The notes beneath the pieces are model-generated. The model had not been told where the DNA came from and did not search any database. It saw only the letters and a list, made by a program, of their open reading frames with translations. A stretch of 64,000 nt of DNA from Lama glama (taxonomy: Eukaryota), in the NCBI GenBank assembly GCA_028534125.1, contig CM052817.1, positions 53,818,001-53,882,000 on the forward strand, read 5' to 3'. The position numbers and the translations under genes are program-made. Below, in pieces: positions 25,755 through 38,710 of the stretch. Every line of letters starts with the position of its first letter. Position 1 is the first letter of the stretch.

Positions 25755-26552
25755 TTAGGGATCCCTTGTGTACTGTTGGTGAAAATATAATTGATGCAGC
25801 CATTATGGAAAACAGTATAGAGATTCTTCAAAAAATTTAAAACAGAACTACCATATGATCCAACAATTTATCTGGGCACTTATCTGAAGCAAACAAATAT
25901 GCCAGCTGGAAAAAGATCTATGCACTCCCATGTCCAGTGCAAAATTATTTACAATAGCCAAGAAATACAAACAACCTAAGTATCCATTGATGGATGAGTG
26001 GATAAAGAAAATGTTATATATATAATTACATATACATATATACAAATGGAAAGTGGAATATTATTCAGCCACAAAAAGGGAAATTTTGTCATTTGCTACA
26101 ACATGGATGAACCTTGAGGACATTATGCTAAGTGAAATAAGTCAGACAGAGATAGACATTTATTGTATGATCTCACTTATATGTGGAATCTTAAAAACAA
26201 ACAAACTAATACAGAAAACAGACTGCTGGTTGCTAGAGGTGAGGAATGGTGTAGGCAAAATGGGTTGAGAGGGTAAAATGGAAAAAGTTACACTGATAAA
26301 ACACATAAGTCATAAGGATGTAATGTATGGTGTGGTGAGTATAGTTAATTTTCTATTTCGGCAGCTGATAAGCGAGTAGATCTTAAAAGTTCTCCTCATA
26401 AGAAAGAGAAATTGTAACAATGTGAGGTGATGGATGTTAACTAGACTTACTGTGGTGATCATTTCACAATAAACACAAATATCAAATAATTATGCTGTAC
26501 ACCTGAAACTATATAATGTTTTATGTCAATTATGTATCAATTTAAAAAATAA
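25755..26552 (+). mobile_element. L1MA-type (L1MA9-like) 3' end with TSD, nested in an L2
   Basis: ORF2 C-terminus (EYYSA.K..EILSFATTWMNLEDIMLSEISQ), typical 3' UTR and A-tail; flanking AGAATTAAGACTA (25740-25752) / AGAATCAAGACTA (26553-26565). Confidence 0.85.
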
Positions 26553-27695
26553 AGAATCAAGACTAGGCTCCCTGGATCACAGAGAACACGTTAAAGACTG
26601 ATGTGAAGTGGAGCAGATAAGGCAGGAGGGTAGGGGACCAGGTAGCATGTGGAAGAACTGTTAAGCCATGTGATTTCATTGTGAGTGTAACTGAAGGGGA
26701 ACTGGTCAAATTTATGTTTCAGGAAGAACCTTTTGTCAACTGGATATACTGTTTGGGGGCAAGAGTCAAAGAAGGGAAACCATTTAGGAAGCTACTGCAG
26801 GAATCTGATTTTGCTCTACAGAAAATCTTACTGTCTACCTCGAAATTCAAATAAGCAACATAACAATAAGTTCAGTCTTATAAGATTTCCAACAATTGTG
26901 AAAAAAAAAACTTTGCTCTGCTGGCAACAAACATAATTGTTGTTTTTCTTGACATTATTTAACAGGCTCTTCTTTTTTCCAGACTATTCAGTTTGTAATA
27001 TGAAACAACTGCTTTGAGTTGGTTGCTGCAACCTGAGGTCATTTTCCTATCACCTAACAGGTTAAAGGCTCTCACTTCCTTAGCAAAATACATGTTTTAA
27101 AAAAATTTAATATTAGTGAGGATTGAGACTTTATGAGATTATTTATTTAATTTTAATGATATTTAGTAAATATAACCTAGTACTAAGTTGACCTTTATCT
27201 GCCAATTCCATTCCCCAAAACCATCTCCTTACAGTTACATGTCCTATATACTTTGCAAAGGAAAAGCATAAAAACACCCTCTAAAAGAATAATGAATAAC
27301 GTAAAAAACATACAATTTTAAAACTACAAGTAAAATTTCCCTTAAAAATTTTAGAAAGTATATCTGTCAACTCAGTGAGAGTTATTCTTTTTAAGGAAAA
27401 AAGTCAGAAATCTGGATTTTGTTGTTTATTAATTTCCCTCACATTTAAGTTTCTAGCAGTTTTCTACAACTGAAAAGTGACAGGATAATTTCCAAACCTA
27501 ACTGAGGATTCTGTAGAGCAAATATTGCAGTATTGGTGCAGGAGATAAGAAAGGGGAGGGGGGAGGAGAAGAAAGAGAATAGTGGAGTGAGAGGAGGAGA
27601 GTTTCTAGGTAGCAGATCTAAAATTCTAAGCCAAGACGCAAGGAATTCACAGCAAGTGCAATTTTATCAAGCTTAATAAATAAACGCTAACCTAC

Positions 27696-27818
27696 CGTTT
27701 CGGCCGTTTTGTTTCAGGGTATTTGCAGAAAGCTGGATAGTGCTTCCATGGCCCATGTTCTCTGGAAACTTTAGGTCTTCTAAGTTTCCTTCTGTGCTCA
27801 GCCTTGCAACTTCCAATT
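27696..27818 (-). CDS. ADGRL3: ADGRL3 exon (123 nt): GAIN domain
   Basis: aacag|AA TTG GAA GTT GCA... encodes (Q)[40 protein letters not shown] and ends G|gtaggt; phase 1/1. Confidence 0.96.
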
Positions 27819-28774
27819 CTGTTAATGGAAGAGAGATAATCAGTGCTCATTGAGAAACATGACAAAGTTAAAATAATCTAATTAATGAAATATTTCTGAA
27901 ATCTAAACACTGGAATTAATGTTCCATCTGCAATACTTTATAATAGTTCAGCCTTTTATTTAGAGGGTTTTTTTTTAGTATTTTAATTTTTTTAAATAAA
28001 GGAAATAAAAGCTATTAAAATCAGGTAAATAAGAATATAAAAATAACAATTATAAAGCCTAGAATTTAAAACTCAAGCTCAAATCCTTATAGTTTGTCAC
28101 TGACTGTAAGTTTACTTCCAAAATGTTATATTTATTTTATGAATTAAGTGAAAATCCTTTTATAATCTAGAGCTATACTATTATATCAATACTGATCTAT
28201 CTTTAAATCTAATTAGTTTGAAATAGCTTTATAAAATCTTCTGAAATAAAACTGTCAGCTACATCCTTAGATACACTAAAAATAGATTTAGTCTTTATGA
28301 GCCAATAACACAATTACCAAAAATTGTTTTATCACCTTCACTTAAATGACTGAATTCTTTATAGTTTATAATTAAGAGACATTCTTATAATTGAAGTGAC
28401 CCATGAGGATAAGATTTTGAATACTACTAAACATAAACATACATATATACACATAAAATACATATATACATTATAAACTAAAGAAAAAAATAAATAAATG
28501 GACCTTACTGTAAGTGACCTCAGGCTAATATATCCAATATTGGAAAATCTTAAGAAGGATACATACATGATTATGAGGATACTTCTAAGCCAATGACAGG
28601 TGATAGCCCCCTAATTATAGAAAAATAATAACCTATCTCTGCTGAAACAAAGTATCAGTGCATAATATCTGGCCCACCATAGATGACACTTTTTTCTTTT
28701 CCCTCTTCTGTTGTACAAGATGATACTTTTTTCTTGTACCTCTCTGGCCCTTCTGTATAACAAAGGCCACTTAC

Positions 28775-28958
28775 GAATATTATCTGTGTTCTCCCTGACG
28801 ATGTCAGTCTTCAAAAGGTTATCAGCCAGCACAAAAGCACTTTCTTCCACAGTGTCAAGCAACATGGTGGCTGCACGTAGTTGATCACTTGTAGTCAGGT
28901 CTCTCCACGCATTCGAGGCTTGTGGCTGGAGAAGGTTGTTAACTGTCTCGACCATTGC
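28775..28958 (-). CDS. ADGRL3: ADGRL3 exon (184 nt): GAIN domain
   Basis: ttgtag|GCA ATG GTC GAG... encodes AMVETVNNLLQPQASNAWRDLTTSDQLRAATMLLDTVEESAFVLADNLLKTDIVRENTDNI and ends C|gtaagt; phase 0/1. Confidence 0.97.
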
Positions 28959-30959
28959 CTACAAGAGGATGAACAGAATGACAGAGGTCTCTAGTGAGCC
29001 CACAGAGCTGTCAGAAATCCAGGTGTACATGTTGCCCAGCAAGCAAGGATCAGCGGTGTGCATGAATTCAGTATTGTCCCAGCCTCCCCTGTGACATGCT
29101 GCAGTGGAAGCATTCATTATTTTGTTCTGTAAAACCCTAGCTGAGACTTTGCAAGGCAATGGAAAAACCTGCTTCTGTTTTGAAGGACAACAAATAGAGC
29201 GATGCTTGCTTCTTAAAATCAACAGCAAAGGCTTCAATAAGACTATAATCACATAATTAAATGATTTGGCTAGGGAACCGTTGGCAAGTAATTTAAACCA
29301 ACAATTTTATCACATCACCACAAAAAATGATTTTTTTATACCTCACCATAAAACTAGATGCTGAACACAGAAATCAAAAAGATGACTACAGACAGGATAA
29401 TATAAGAATTTGTTGCTTATAGGTTGAGGACTCACTGAGCAAACCAATTTTTTTTAGCCAGCTAGTAAAATGTCAGAATGGGGAAAATATCAAGTTGGAA
29501 CAACTACCTGTTGGAACTTGCTACCTGTGGCCCTCAGGTATTTTTCCTTAAAAAAAAAAATCAGCAGTAGGTACACTTACACGTAGGGATAAAACATCAC
29601 ATTTCTCCTTGCATCATTCAAAAGAATCATCTCTCTAGTTACAATGTATATATTTCCTGTGGTTAACTTGATGCTCTAGGTTACAGGAAAAGACAGCTCT
29701 TCCAATAGGGTCTTCTTAAGGTTTCACTCAAACATACAGAATTGCAAAACAAAAAAACACAATGCCTGCAGTTTGAAAGTGATCATCCTTGAACCTGTTG
29801 ATTATGAAATACGCACCTAATCCAGAAATAAAATAGAAGAAACAGCCAACACAGGCACTTTCTAGGCAGCACACAGGTGTTTCAAAACAGGACTCACATT
29901 ATTGACACGTTGGCAGAGGAGCTGGGAGAGCCATTACACTGCAGTGTTTTCTTCTGGCTGGTGTTTTCATAGTAACCAAGTAACAACTGTTAAAAATTCA
30001 GCTCCATAATGAAACACCTTGGCTGCCAATTAACACCAGCTTCAAAAACTAATTTGCCTTTTGATAAAAGCTGTTTTTCTTGATATTTTTCCCAGCTATT
30101 CCAAGTTCTGGCCAAAATTCAACATCACTGGACTTTTCTGTAAAATAGTCCTACTTGCAACTTGAGTACTTTGCATCATTTAAAAATAAATTCTTTCATG
30201 AGTTTAATGACTGGGCATTTTCACATAGGATGCTTAGCTCTGTCATTTGTTCTGGGTTTAAAGCATGACCTAGAAGCCAGACAAAAGCATTTCTGGATCA
30301 CAACAATATAATCGGCTTTCCAGGAAGTTCTCCATAGGGGTAATGCCAACAGGATATGCCAAAAAAAGAAGTGCCAGATAGAAAAAGAAAGAAAGAAAAA
30401 ACAGTTTAGGTATTTTCTAAAGTCAAACAGAGAACACAGACCTCTTGACTGCAAAGAACTGTTCTTTCTGGGATTAGATGATCCTCTGAATTCATTAGAA
30501 ATGCTCTGAAAATCCTATATGCAACAGAAATTATGCCTGTTTTTTAAGGAGCAGCCTTTTAACATTAGTGAATAATCTTCCACTGATTAATTTAAATCTT
30601 ACCTCTGGGAAAATTTATTGAGGATAATGCAATATTTCTGTTCTGCCCTTTATTGCTTTTAATTTCTTTAAAAATGCAAAAGGAGAAAAAAAGAAAAGAA
30701 AAAAGAGAAAGAAGTAACTATGGTCAACTCTGAGAATGTTGTCAATAGGAAGCTATGTACAACAGTCTGCTTTAGCTAAAATACAGTGTCATTAAGTTGA
30801 CAGCACATAAATCAAATACACCAATTATTATCTTAGTTTTGCAACTGAAAATGTGTAAGATGCAATTTTTTTCATAGTTATACTTTTTAAGTACATTTTA
30901 ACAACTACATCTTCCCAAATAAGACAGTCTTTGGAGAAGTTTTCTATTAAAGCCCAAAT

Positions 30960-31189
30960 AGGGGTAGGGATAAATTAGGAGTTTGGGATTAACAGATACA
31001 AACTACTATATACAAAATAGATAAACGACAAAGTTGTATATCACAGAGAACTATATTCAGTATCATGTAATAAACTATAATGTAAAAACTATGAAAAAGA
31101 ATATATATATATGTACAACTGAATGTCTTTGCTGTACACCAGAAACTAAGACAACATTGCAAATCAACTATACTTAAAAAAAAAAAAAA
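30960..31189 (+). mobile_element. Short 5'-truncated artiodactyl-type L1 3' UTR with poly(A) and TSD
   Basis: ggagtttgggattaacagatac...tgctgtacaccagaaact...aaatcaactatactt(A)n; flanking AAAGCCCAAAT (30949-30959) / AAAGTCCAAAT (31190-31200). Confidence 0.88.
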
Positions 31190-31399
31190 AAAGTCCAAAT
31201 GATTTCCAAGTTAACTGCCGAAACCACAGACTTAAATTTTGGCCCTAAAACCTGGGTGGTTTAAGTCACAAATCTAATATTTATTTATTCTTAAAACAGC
31301 ACCTGTTATGATTGCCTAAGTATAAATGAAAGGAGATGTCAACACAAGCAGTGAGAGACAGAATTCTCTAGGCTAAAATTAATGTGGGGTTTGCAACTA

Positions 31400-31540
31400 C
31401 ATCTGCTGAGTTTGTAACTGGATTCTGCTGCTTTCCTAGTTGTGTGCTTTTGGGCAAGTTACTTCTTTGTATTCATCTGTAAATTGGAGATGATAATATA
31501 ATCATTTCATAAGGTTGCTTGGCTCATAAGAAGTGCTTAA
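31400..31540 (+). mobile_element. MIR SINE
   Basis: ctagttgtgtgcttttgggcaagttactt...catctgtaaattggagatgataata. Confidence 0.65.
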
Positions 31541-34500
31541 GGTGCAACCTTGTCTTTACTTTCACTGGATATTAAAGTCCAGTGTGGGAAGAAGAGAGGT
31601 CTTCATTGAATGGAGCACAAGTCATACCTGACAATTGCAAAATACTCACACTGAAGTGAGATCTGGAAAGAATAACTCTTCGGGAATGCAATCTTCATAT
31701 ACAGACCTGTTACATAACTAAACTACTATTGACGAATGAGAGAAACAGGTATTAAATAGTTCGTAATGTGTTTTCTAGACGCTGGAACTAACCAGTTTTC
31801 TACTAGCAAGACAGCACAATTAGGTCAATCATAACAGCTTTAAAATTAATAGAATTTGTGTAAGCTTTCCAAAGATTGTTATGTCCCTGTTACCAGTTCA
31901 ATGAAGGCCAATAAAATAGTCACAATTCTTCAATGGTAAAAGAATATCTATATTTCATTTTCGCTATACATGTATGACTATACATTTTACCTATAAATGA
32001 TGACATGTGGTAATAAAGTTTTTTGGGTTTTTTTGGTCAAACTAGTTATTTGCATTTCTTTTGTTAGTGCAACAACATCTCTTTAAAAACAGGTTGATTT
32101 TCATTTTATTTGATTACAAAGAAATGTGCTTAACTATACTTAGAACCAAAGTTGACAGGAAATGTACAATGGATTAAAGTGAGGTACTGGGACATCATTT
32201 TAATGTCCAACAGCTCTCATTGATTTCTCTTTTCTGCTATAAATCCTTTTTCTGACCTAAAACTTATTTTCTAAAGTTGAAAGAAAATAAGATTGCTCCT
32301 GATTCATCTTAAAAAAAATTGTATTCTCACCACAATGCCTCAATCCAGGAAGGAAAACAAAAACAAAAACAAAACATCTAATGGTTTTAACATGTATAGA
32401 CTGAAATAATCTAAAATTTTGAGAGTTAATTTAATCAACAATATCTTCACCAGAAACTAAATGTTAATTCGCTCCATTATCGTTTTTAAAATGCTAGAAA
32501 CTTGAATAGGAGATGGGCCCTGGAAATTCACATTCTAGTTCTGCCACTAAATTTAAGTGTGCCTTTGGACAAACTGGCATTTTCAAACCAATCAAAAACG
32601 GTGAACTACAGAAGAAAATAAATTGCATCATGTTTCAATTCAAGGATAGTTAGGGACATTCTATTATTAGATATTACTCTTCTCATTTTACAGTTTACAA
32701 TTTACAGACTAGATTCTAAAGTAACTTTCAACTTTCTAAAAATCAAATATAAGTTAGGAAGTGTGAAAAATCACATAGATTCATACCAGGATTAGGGACA
32801 TACCATAACCTTCTGAACATATATTTGCATTACACAATATTATTGGACTTCTTATTGTTAAATTCAGATTTTAAGCATATTCATTTGACTAATTTTACTC
32901 AGAGCATATACTTGGACTATGTGTGTTCAAATATGTTATAAACTGTACAATCACACTTTGTATGTTTCAAAAGGGAAGAGTTAGTTATTTGTTAAAACTA
33001 CTGTGAAAAATTTTGGAGAAAACCAGCTATATATCCTTCCAATAACAACTTCTGTCATTCTTCCAGGAGAATGTATTTATGAAATAGCTAGGATTCCTCA
33101 GCAAGAATACATAAATGGATCAATGGTGAGAAACATATCAATGGCACATCTCACCCAGGTGAGCAGTAAATCTTAAACTAAGTAAGCAGAATCACCGGGA
33201 ATCTTTTTGGCAAGCTTTTTAACCAGGATCTCATTCCGGTTGTAGTTCAGGATCTACTGCTCAATCCATTATCAGCTTTTCCAGGGAGAAAATCCATTAT
33301 CTGTTTTGTTCTCTTTGTATTAGCTATCATTGTATAAAGTATCTCTCAGACATTTATTTACCTACATGACTATTACAGAGCTCTCACTCAAGAAAAGGTA
33401 AGCTTCATGAGGGTGATGACTCTGTCTCATTTGTAAGTGCCGAAAACTCTGCTTAGTGTTCAACAACTCTTTGCTGAATGATTGACATCCAGTGAAGATT
33501 CACACTTAAGTGAATTTTCTCCATTTTCACACCAGCAGAAAAAATTTTTTCTGGTTTTATAAGAGCAAAGATTATCTATGAAAAAAACTTATTAACCAGT
33601 CAGCATTATCTAAATCATTACCATTTCAGAGATTCACTGTCACAATGGGCTCCCATTTTAGTACTTAGTTAATTTTAAGAGAGTTATCTGTATTTGGGTC
33701 TGGCTTTCTCACTAGATTATGATTTTCTCAGGGGAGAGATCATGCTCATTTTTGTTTTTCCAGGGTAAATTTTAGTGTCTTGAGACATTTTGGGTACTCA
33801 GTAAATGCTCATTAAGCAAAAATAACCTACTTTTACTATCAAATCATGAATACAATAGGGAACTGAAAACATCTTCTATACCTCAATAAAAAAAAATTTA
33901 AAAAAATCTTTTAGTTCTATAACTTTTTGACTTATCTCCCAAGAAGTCTTCTGAGTGCTCAGATATTACCATGGTTTGGAAGGAAGGCAGGGTGAATAAT
34001 AGGGACTTAGGGAGGAAAGTAGAACCACAGGTTACTGTAGTTTGTAGTGAATGCAGACCATTATGAATGAAAACTATATTCTACAAAAACCTTTCTAAAA
34101 TGTTTTCAAATGTGCCAAAGTGCACTTTCAATGTAACTCAGTGAGGTTTTATTAAATACGTATGATATGCAAAGAACAAGGGAAGTTACTGTTGGGTGAG
34201 GCTGGGGAAAAGAAGGAAACATGGAGTATTCTCTCAATTCGCCTACACTCCAAAACAGAAGGTAAGCATGTCACATGAGACAAAAGATAATGCATTCTAG
34301 CTGAGGAGGATCAAGAAAAGATCCCAGAAGGTGTTTGGATTTGAGTTGGACACTAAAAGATGAATAAACTTTCTTTAACTATGATAAGGAAATTTGAGGC
34401 TGAGGGACATAATAAGCAAGTTGATGATAAAAAAAAAAGGTACTAAGGCAGGGAATGTGTTAGGCTGCAGTGAGAACAATGTATGATGCATGAAAATATA

Positions 34501-35719
34501 ATTTATAAGATGAATATAACAAAAGAAATGGTAAGCAGAAGTCAGATCTTAGAAGGTCTTCAGTATGATAGAAGTTTAGGCTTTATTGTTTAGAAAATGT
34601 ACAGCCATTAGAGATATCTAAGCAAAGCAGTTACATGTTTAGGTCTTAAGTTCTTAAATTATTAAGTTCATTCATTATTTTTTAAAGTCTTTTGTTACAA
34701 TAATGCAAAAAATTATAAACATGTAAATTATCATTAGGTAGACCATTAGAAAGTTAAGAGCAATTATTTCCTATTAGAAGATAAATTTAAACTAGTAAAT
34801 TGCTGATATCCTTTTGAAAAACTGCCTAGTAATATAAACTTTTATTTTACTTTTTATTTTCACATCTTTGTTTTTTGATATATTCTCCTGAATGCAGTAT
34901 CTCTTTATCAATATATACATTATTGTTTTACTTTTACTGTATTATATGTACAGTTATGTTTAAATGTATTTCTTCATATATAAATTTCAAGACATGCAGA
35001 AAAATAGAAATAAGTCTTTAGGTCTTCTCTGCTCCCAGCTCTTGCTTTCTGACTATATTTTTACATATAAATATAGTTTATATTGATTTGTAATTTGAAA
35101 AAATAAAAACAGCTTTTCTTTAATTCTTCATTTTTGACTTCTTGATAGGAAGTTTATCAGTTGAGAATAAAATAAAGCAAACATTTAAAATCATTACTGA
35201 ATAGGGCACATTGTACTACAATCTATGTTTAGACATTGATTCAAATCAAAATTTTAAAGGTTAAATGTTAGAAAGGTCTTCAGAACAGTTTTAAACTTGC
35301 AGGTTTTTTATTAGAAGTCAAGTTGAGTGACTGATATTTACACATCTGATCAATAAACCTAAGGTTCTTTTTATAATCACTGTCATTTCATACTAAACAT
35401 ATGAAAACCACTAATCTCTGAACTCTTTTATATTATAGTAAAGTGTTGGCATTTTCAAGTCTTAATTAAAATTAGATTGTATGACACAGCTAACCTATAA
35501 TAATAAGAAGAATCTTTAATAGTAAAACAAGATGAAACTCTCTGCCCCTTCAAGAGACCTCTTATTGTTTAAAAATGTATTGTTTTTAGCAAGCTGTAAT
35601 TGACTGTATTAATTTTTAAAACCCATTTAGAATTAAGTAATTGAATGCTATCAAATAAATCTATATTGTTTTATAGGAATTAGGTGGAACTATAAACTTA
35701 ATCTTCTTGCTAACTCTAC

Positions 35720-36670
35720 ACGCATTCAACAATTAATAACTAAGTACCTTCAACTAGGATACTGCAAGAGAGAGATTCTCCTTTCCCTCAAAGTTATGAC
35801 AATATATTGAGGCCAGACAAGTAACTAAACAAGTAATTAAAATACAATATGACAAGCATTATAATAATGGAAACACAGGATTCAAGTTTGGTGTTTTGAA
35901 AGGCTCTATGAAGTAGAATTTCAAGCTTAAATACAACATAGACCAAAAAGGCAAGGAGTAGAGCTTGTGCTTATATGTACAGAGGTGGAAAGAGAACAGG
36001 CACCTAAAAGGAACTGAAAACAATTCCTTATAGCAGAGCAGAGTGCAAAGGGTTCAGTGGCAAGATAAGCAAATGAAAGCTAGTTTTCAGAGGCTTGCAA
36101 ACCTGAAAACATTTGCAATTCTTCCAAAAGGTGACAAGAAGTCACTGAAAAATTTAAAGTAGGGGAGTGATATAAATCATAATGGTTAATATTTATTGAA
36201 TATGTTCCAGACTGTCATCTGAAAACTTTATATGCATTAACTCCTTTGATTTTGACAATAACCTAATGAGGTAGAAATAGTTATTTTCATCTTGTGGTGA
36301 GAAAATCGAGACTCAGAGAAGTTAAATAACTTGCTAAAAGGCTTATTGGCTTACAGGGCAAAACCAGGGCTCAAATCCATGCATTCTGACTCTGGGGATG
36401 GAGGAAAATAAGATTCCAAAGATATTTAAAATTATTTGTTGATTAATTAAAGTCAGTTGATAAGGGAAATAAAGAGGTTGAAATGCACAGAATTTGGGGG
36501 TAGAAAATGAGGTGGTACTCACTTAAAATGATAATAAAGGAAGAGGAGCAAATTTTTGTTCATTAAAAGCTGGAGGATGTAAGTACTTGTGTGGGGGGGA
36601 ACATGATGAATTCAGTTTTGCCTATTTTGAATGCAAAGTACTTAAATGGCATTAATTTAAGAAGTCAAGA
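35720..36670 (-). mobile_element. L2 fragment with nested MIR (about 36180-36400)
   Basis: L2-like cattcaacaa...gtaattaaaatacaatatg...gaagtcactgaaaaatttaaagtaggggagtga; MIR core aacctaatgaggtag...gagactcagagaagttaaataacttgc. Confidence 0.6.
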
Positions 36671-36677
36671 GAATCCT

Positions 36678-37236
36678 TGTAGGGGAGGAAAATAACCACC
36701 TACTACCCTGTTAGGTTCTGTGACTAGACCTGAGAATTAAACTGACATAAGATAAAGTAACAGGAGAAAAGTATACACATTTTATTTAATATTTTTATGT
36801 GCACAAGGGAACCATCTTAAAAAAATTAAAAGAAGACCCGAAGAAGCAGTTAGGACTGAGAGTTTATATGCTTTTTTAAACAAAGAAGGATAAATTTGTG
36901 ATGAAGTGACAAGACAAAGGAAAAGGGTTTAAACTACTAAGAGCAGTACGTTACAGGAAAGTGACTAGGAAACATGTGGGGGAAACCAGTGGAAAATAAG
37001 GGTTATTTTAGTACATTTGTTTGCAGAGATTCATTTTGGCATTGACTTGTACTCTCTGGTGATAAGAATGTTCTTCTCTTCCTGCCACACGGGAAATTTT
37101 CTGATTTGCTCTCAGGTAGATCTCAGGTAGAGATCAGAAAGCCCCTCCTGATCTGCTGTTTCTCAGTTGCCTTCAGCTCAAAATAATCAATGTGCCAAAG
37201 TGGCAGATTTTGGGATGGCATGTCTTAACTTCCTCA
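36678..37236 (-). mobile_element. ERV1 solo LTR, MER34-like
   Basis: TG...CA ends; minus strand begins tgagga...catgccatcccaaaatctgccactttggcacattgattattttgagctgaaggca, as in MER34-family LTRs; AATAAA on the minus strand at 36781-36786; interrupts L2-like sequence. Confidence 0.8.
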
Positions 37237-37849
37237 GTCTGCAGTTTCCGTAAATATTTGCTCTTGGCATATAGGTTTAGGCATCATAAACTCAAGTAGC
37301 TCACTGAGTATGTCTGATATTAACCACATAATCTGAGTAGAGGGAGAAGAAATGATGGTGCAGAAACATTAACGAGAGAAGAGAAAATGGAGAAAGAATA
37401 GTTTGACAACTGAGACTAAGAAGGGGTAAGTAGCCAGAAGAGTGTGGTATCACAGAGGTCAAGGGAAGGGGGTTTCCATCAATTTCAAAATGAATTCAAT
37501 CCTAAAAGTATCTAAAAAGCCCTTCCTGAAATAATAATAACTCCAGCTCTTTTTTTCCTGGGTAACTAGTAGAATGGTGGTACAATAAAAGAGAAACACT
37601 AGGGAGAAGCTGCTCAGCAGCGTCGGCAGTAGGGAGAATGGAGTAACAGAATTTCTCAATGTGTAAAGCAGTTGGTTAAGGTTTTTTGAGAATCACCTAC
37701 ATAAAGGTGATAGCTGAAGTTGTAAGAACGGATATCAGAGGAAAACTAAATTTGCAACCAAAATAATCTTGCAAAAATATGTCACGGCCTTAGTTTAAGT
37801 TCTTTAATGACATTCAGGATTCACTCCCTTACACAGCCTTCCTGCCCCC

Positions 37850-38300
37850 TGTATTCTCCTTAAACCTATTTCTTCAGGAATATTGGCCTTCTTTCTATTT
37901 CCAGAATTCTGCAGCCTCACTTGGCCATGATCTGGGTGACCTCTGGTCCTGGGATGCTTTTCCTCCAGATAGGCATGTGGCTGATCTCACACTACCAGGG
38001 GTCAGCTTTATAGTCATCTCCTTAGAAAGTCTTCCCTGATACACACAATCTAAAGTAACTAAGCAGTCACTTTTACCCACTTGATTGTTCTAATTCTCTG
38101 CATAGTACTTCTGCCATTATCTTATCACTTTGATTGATTTACTGCGCATGTCCTTCCCAGACTCCAGTCTGCTAAACTAGGATGTGAGCTCTATAAGCTT
38201 AGTAATCCTGTCCGTCTTTACCCCTGGATCACTGCACCTGGAACAGTGTCTGAGGCACAAGAGCTCGACAAATACGTCTGAGTGAGTGTGAATGAATAAG
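37850..38300 (+). mobile_element. L2 3' end
   Basis: cctgggatgcttttcctccagat...cttccctga...cacctggaacagtgtctgaggcac...tgaatgaat. Confidence 0.7.
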
Positions 38301-38374
38301 TCTATACTATTCTTAAACTATATAGGCTAATTATTTTGAGTGGAAAATATATTTTCTGACTCTAAAAGGGACAA

Positions 38375-38710
38375 TCTCGTAGGAAAGTCTGAAAAACTGT
38401 CAGCCTGCAGGGGCTTAAGGAGACATGATGATTAAATGCAGTGTCATATCCTGATAGGATCCTGAAACAGGAAAAAGACATAGGTAAAAACTTAGGAAAT
38501 CTGAACAACCTACATACTTTAGTTAATGATAACATATCAGTATTAGTTCATTATTATAATTAATGTATCATATTAATGCAAGATAGTAATAATAATGATG
38601 AAAATTGTGTGTGTAGGGTGGAGATATGGGAATTCGGTAATATCTGACCAACTTTCCTGTACGTCTAAAACTAGTCTGGAAAATAATGTGTACTAGTTAA
38701 AAAAAATTAA
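38375..38710 (+). mobile_element. L1MC-like 3' UTR fragment
   Basis: aaggagacatgatgattaaatgcagtg...gatcctgaaacaggaaaaagacat...tgtacgtctaaaact followed by an A-rich end. Confidence 0.7.

Noticed and set aside
31563..31584. Short hairpins (cactggat...gtccagtg; also near 21214 and 62101)
   Set aside because: Stems of 7-9 bp are expected by chance in 64 kb; no miRNA- or snoRNA-like features.
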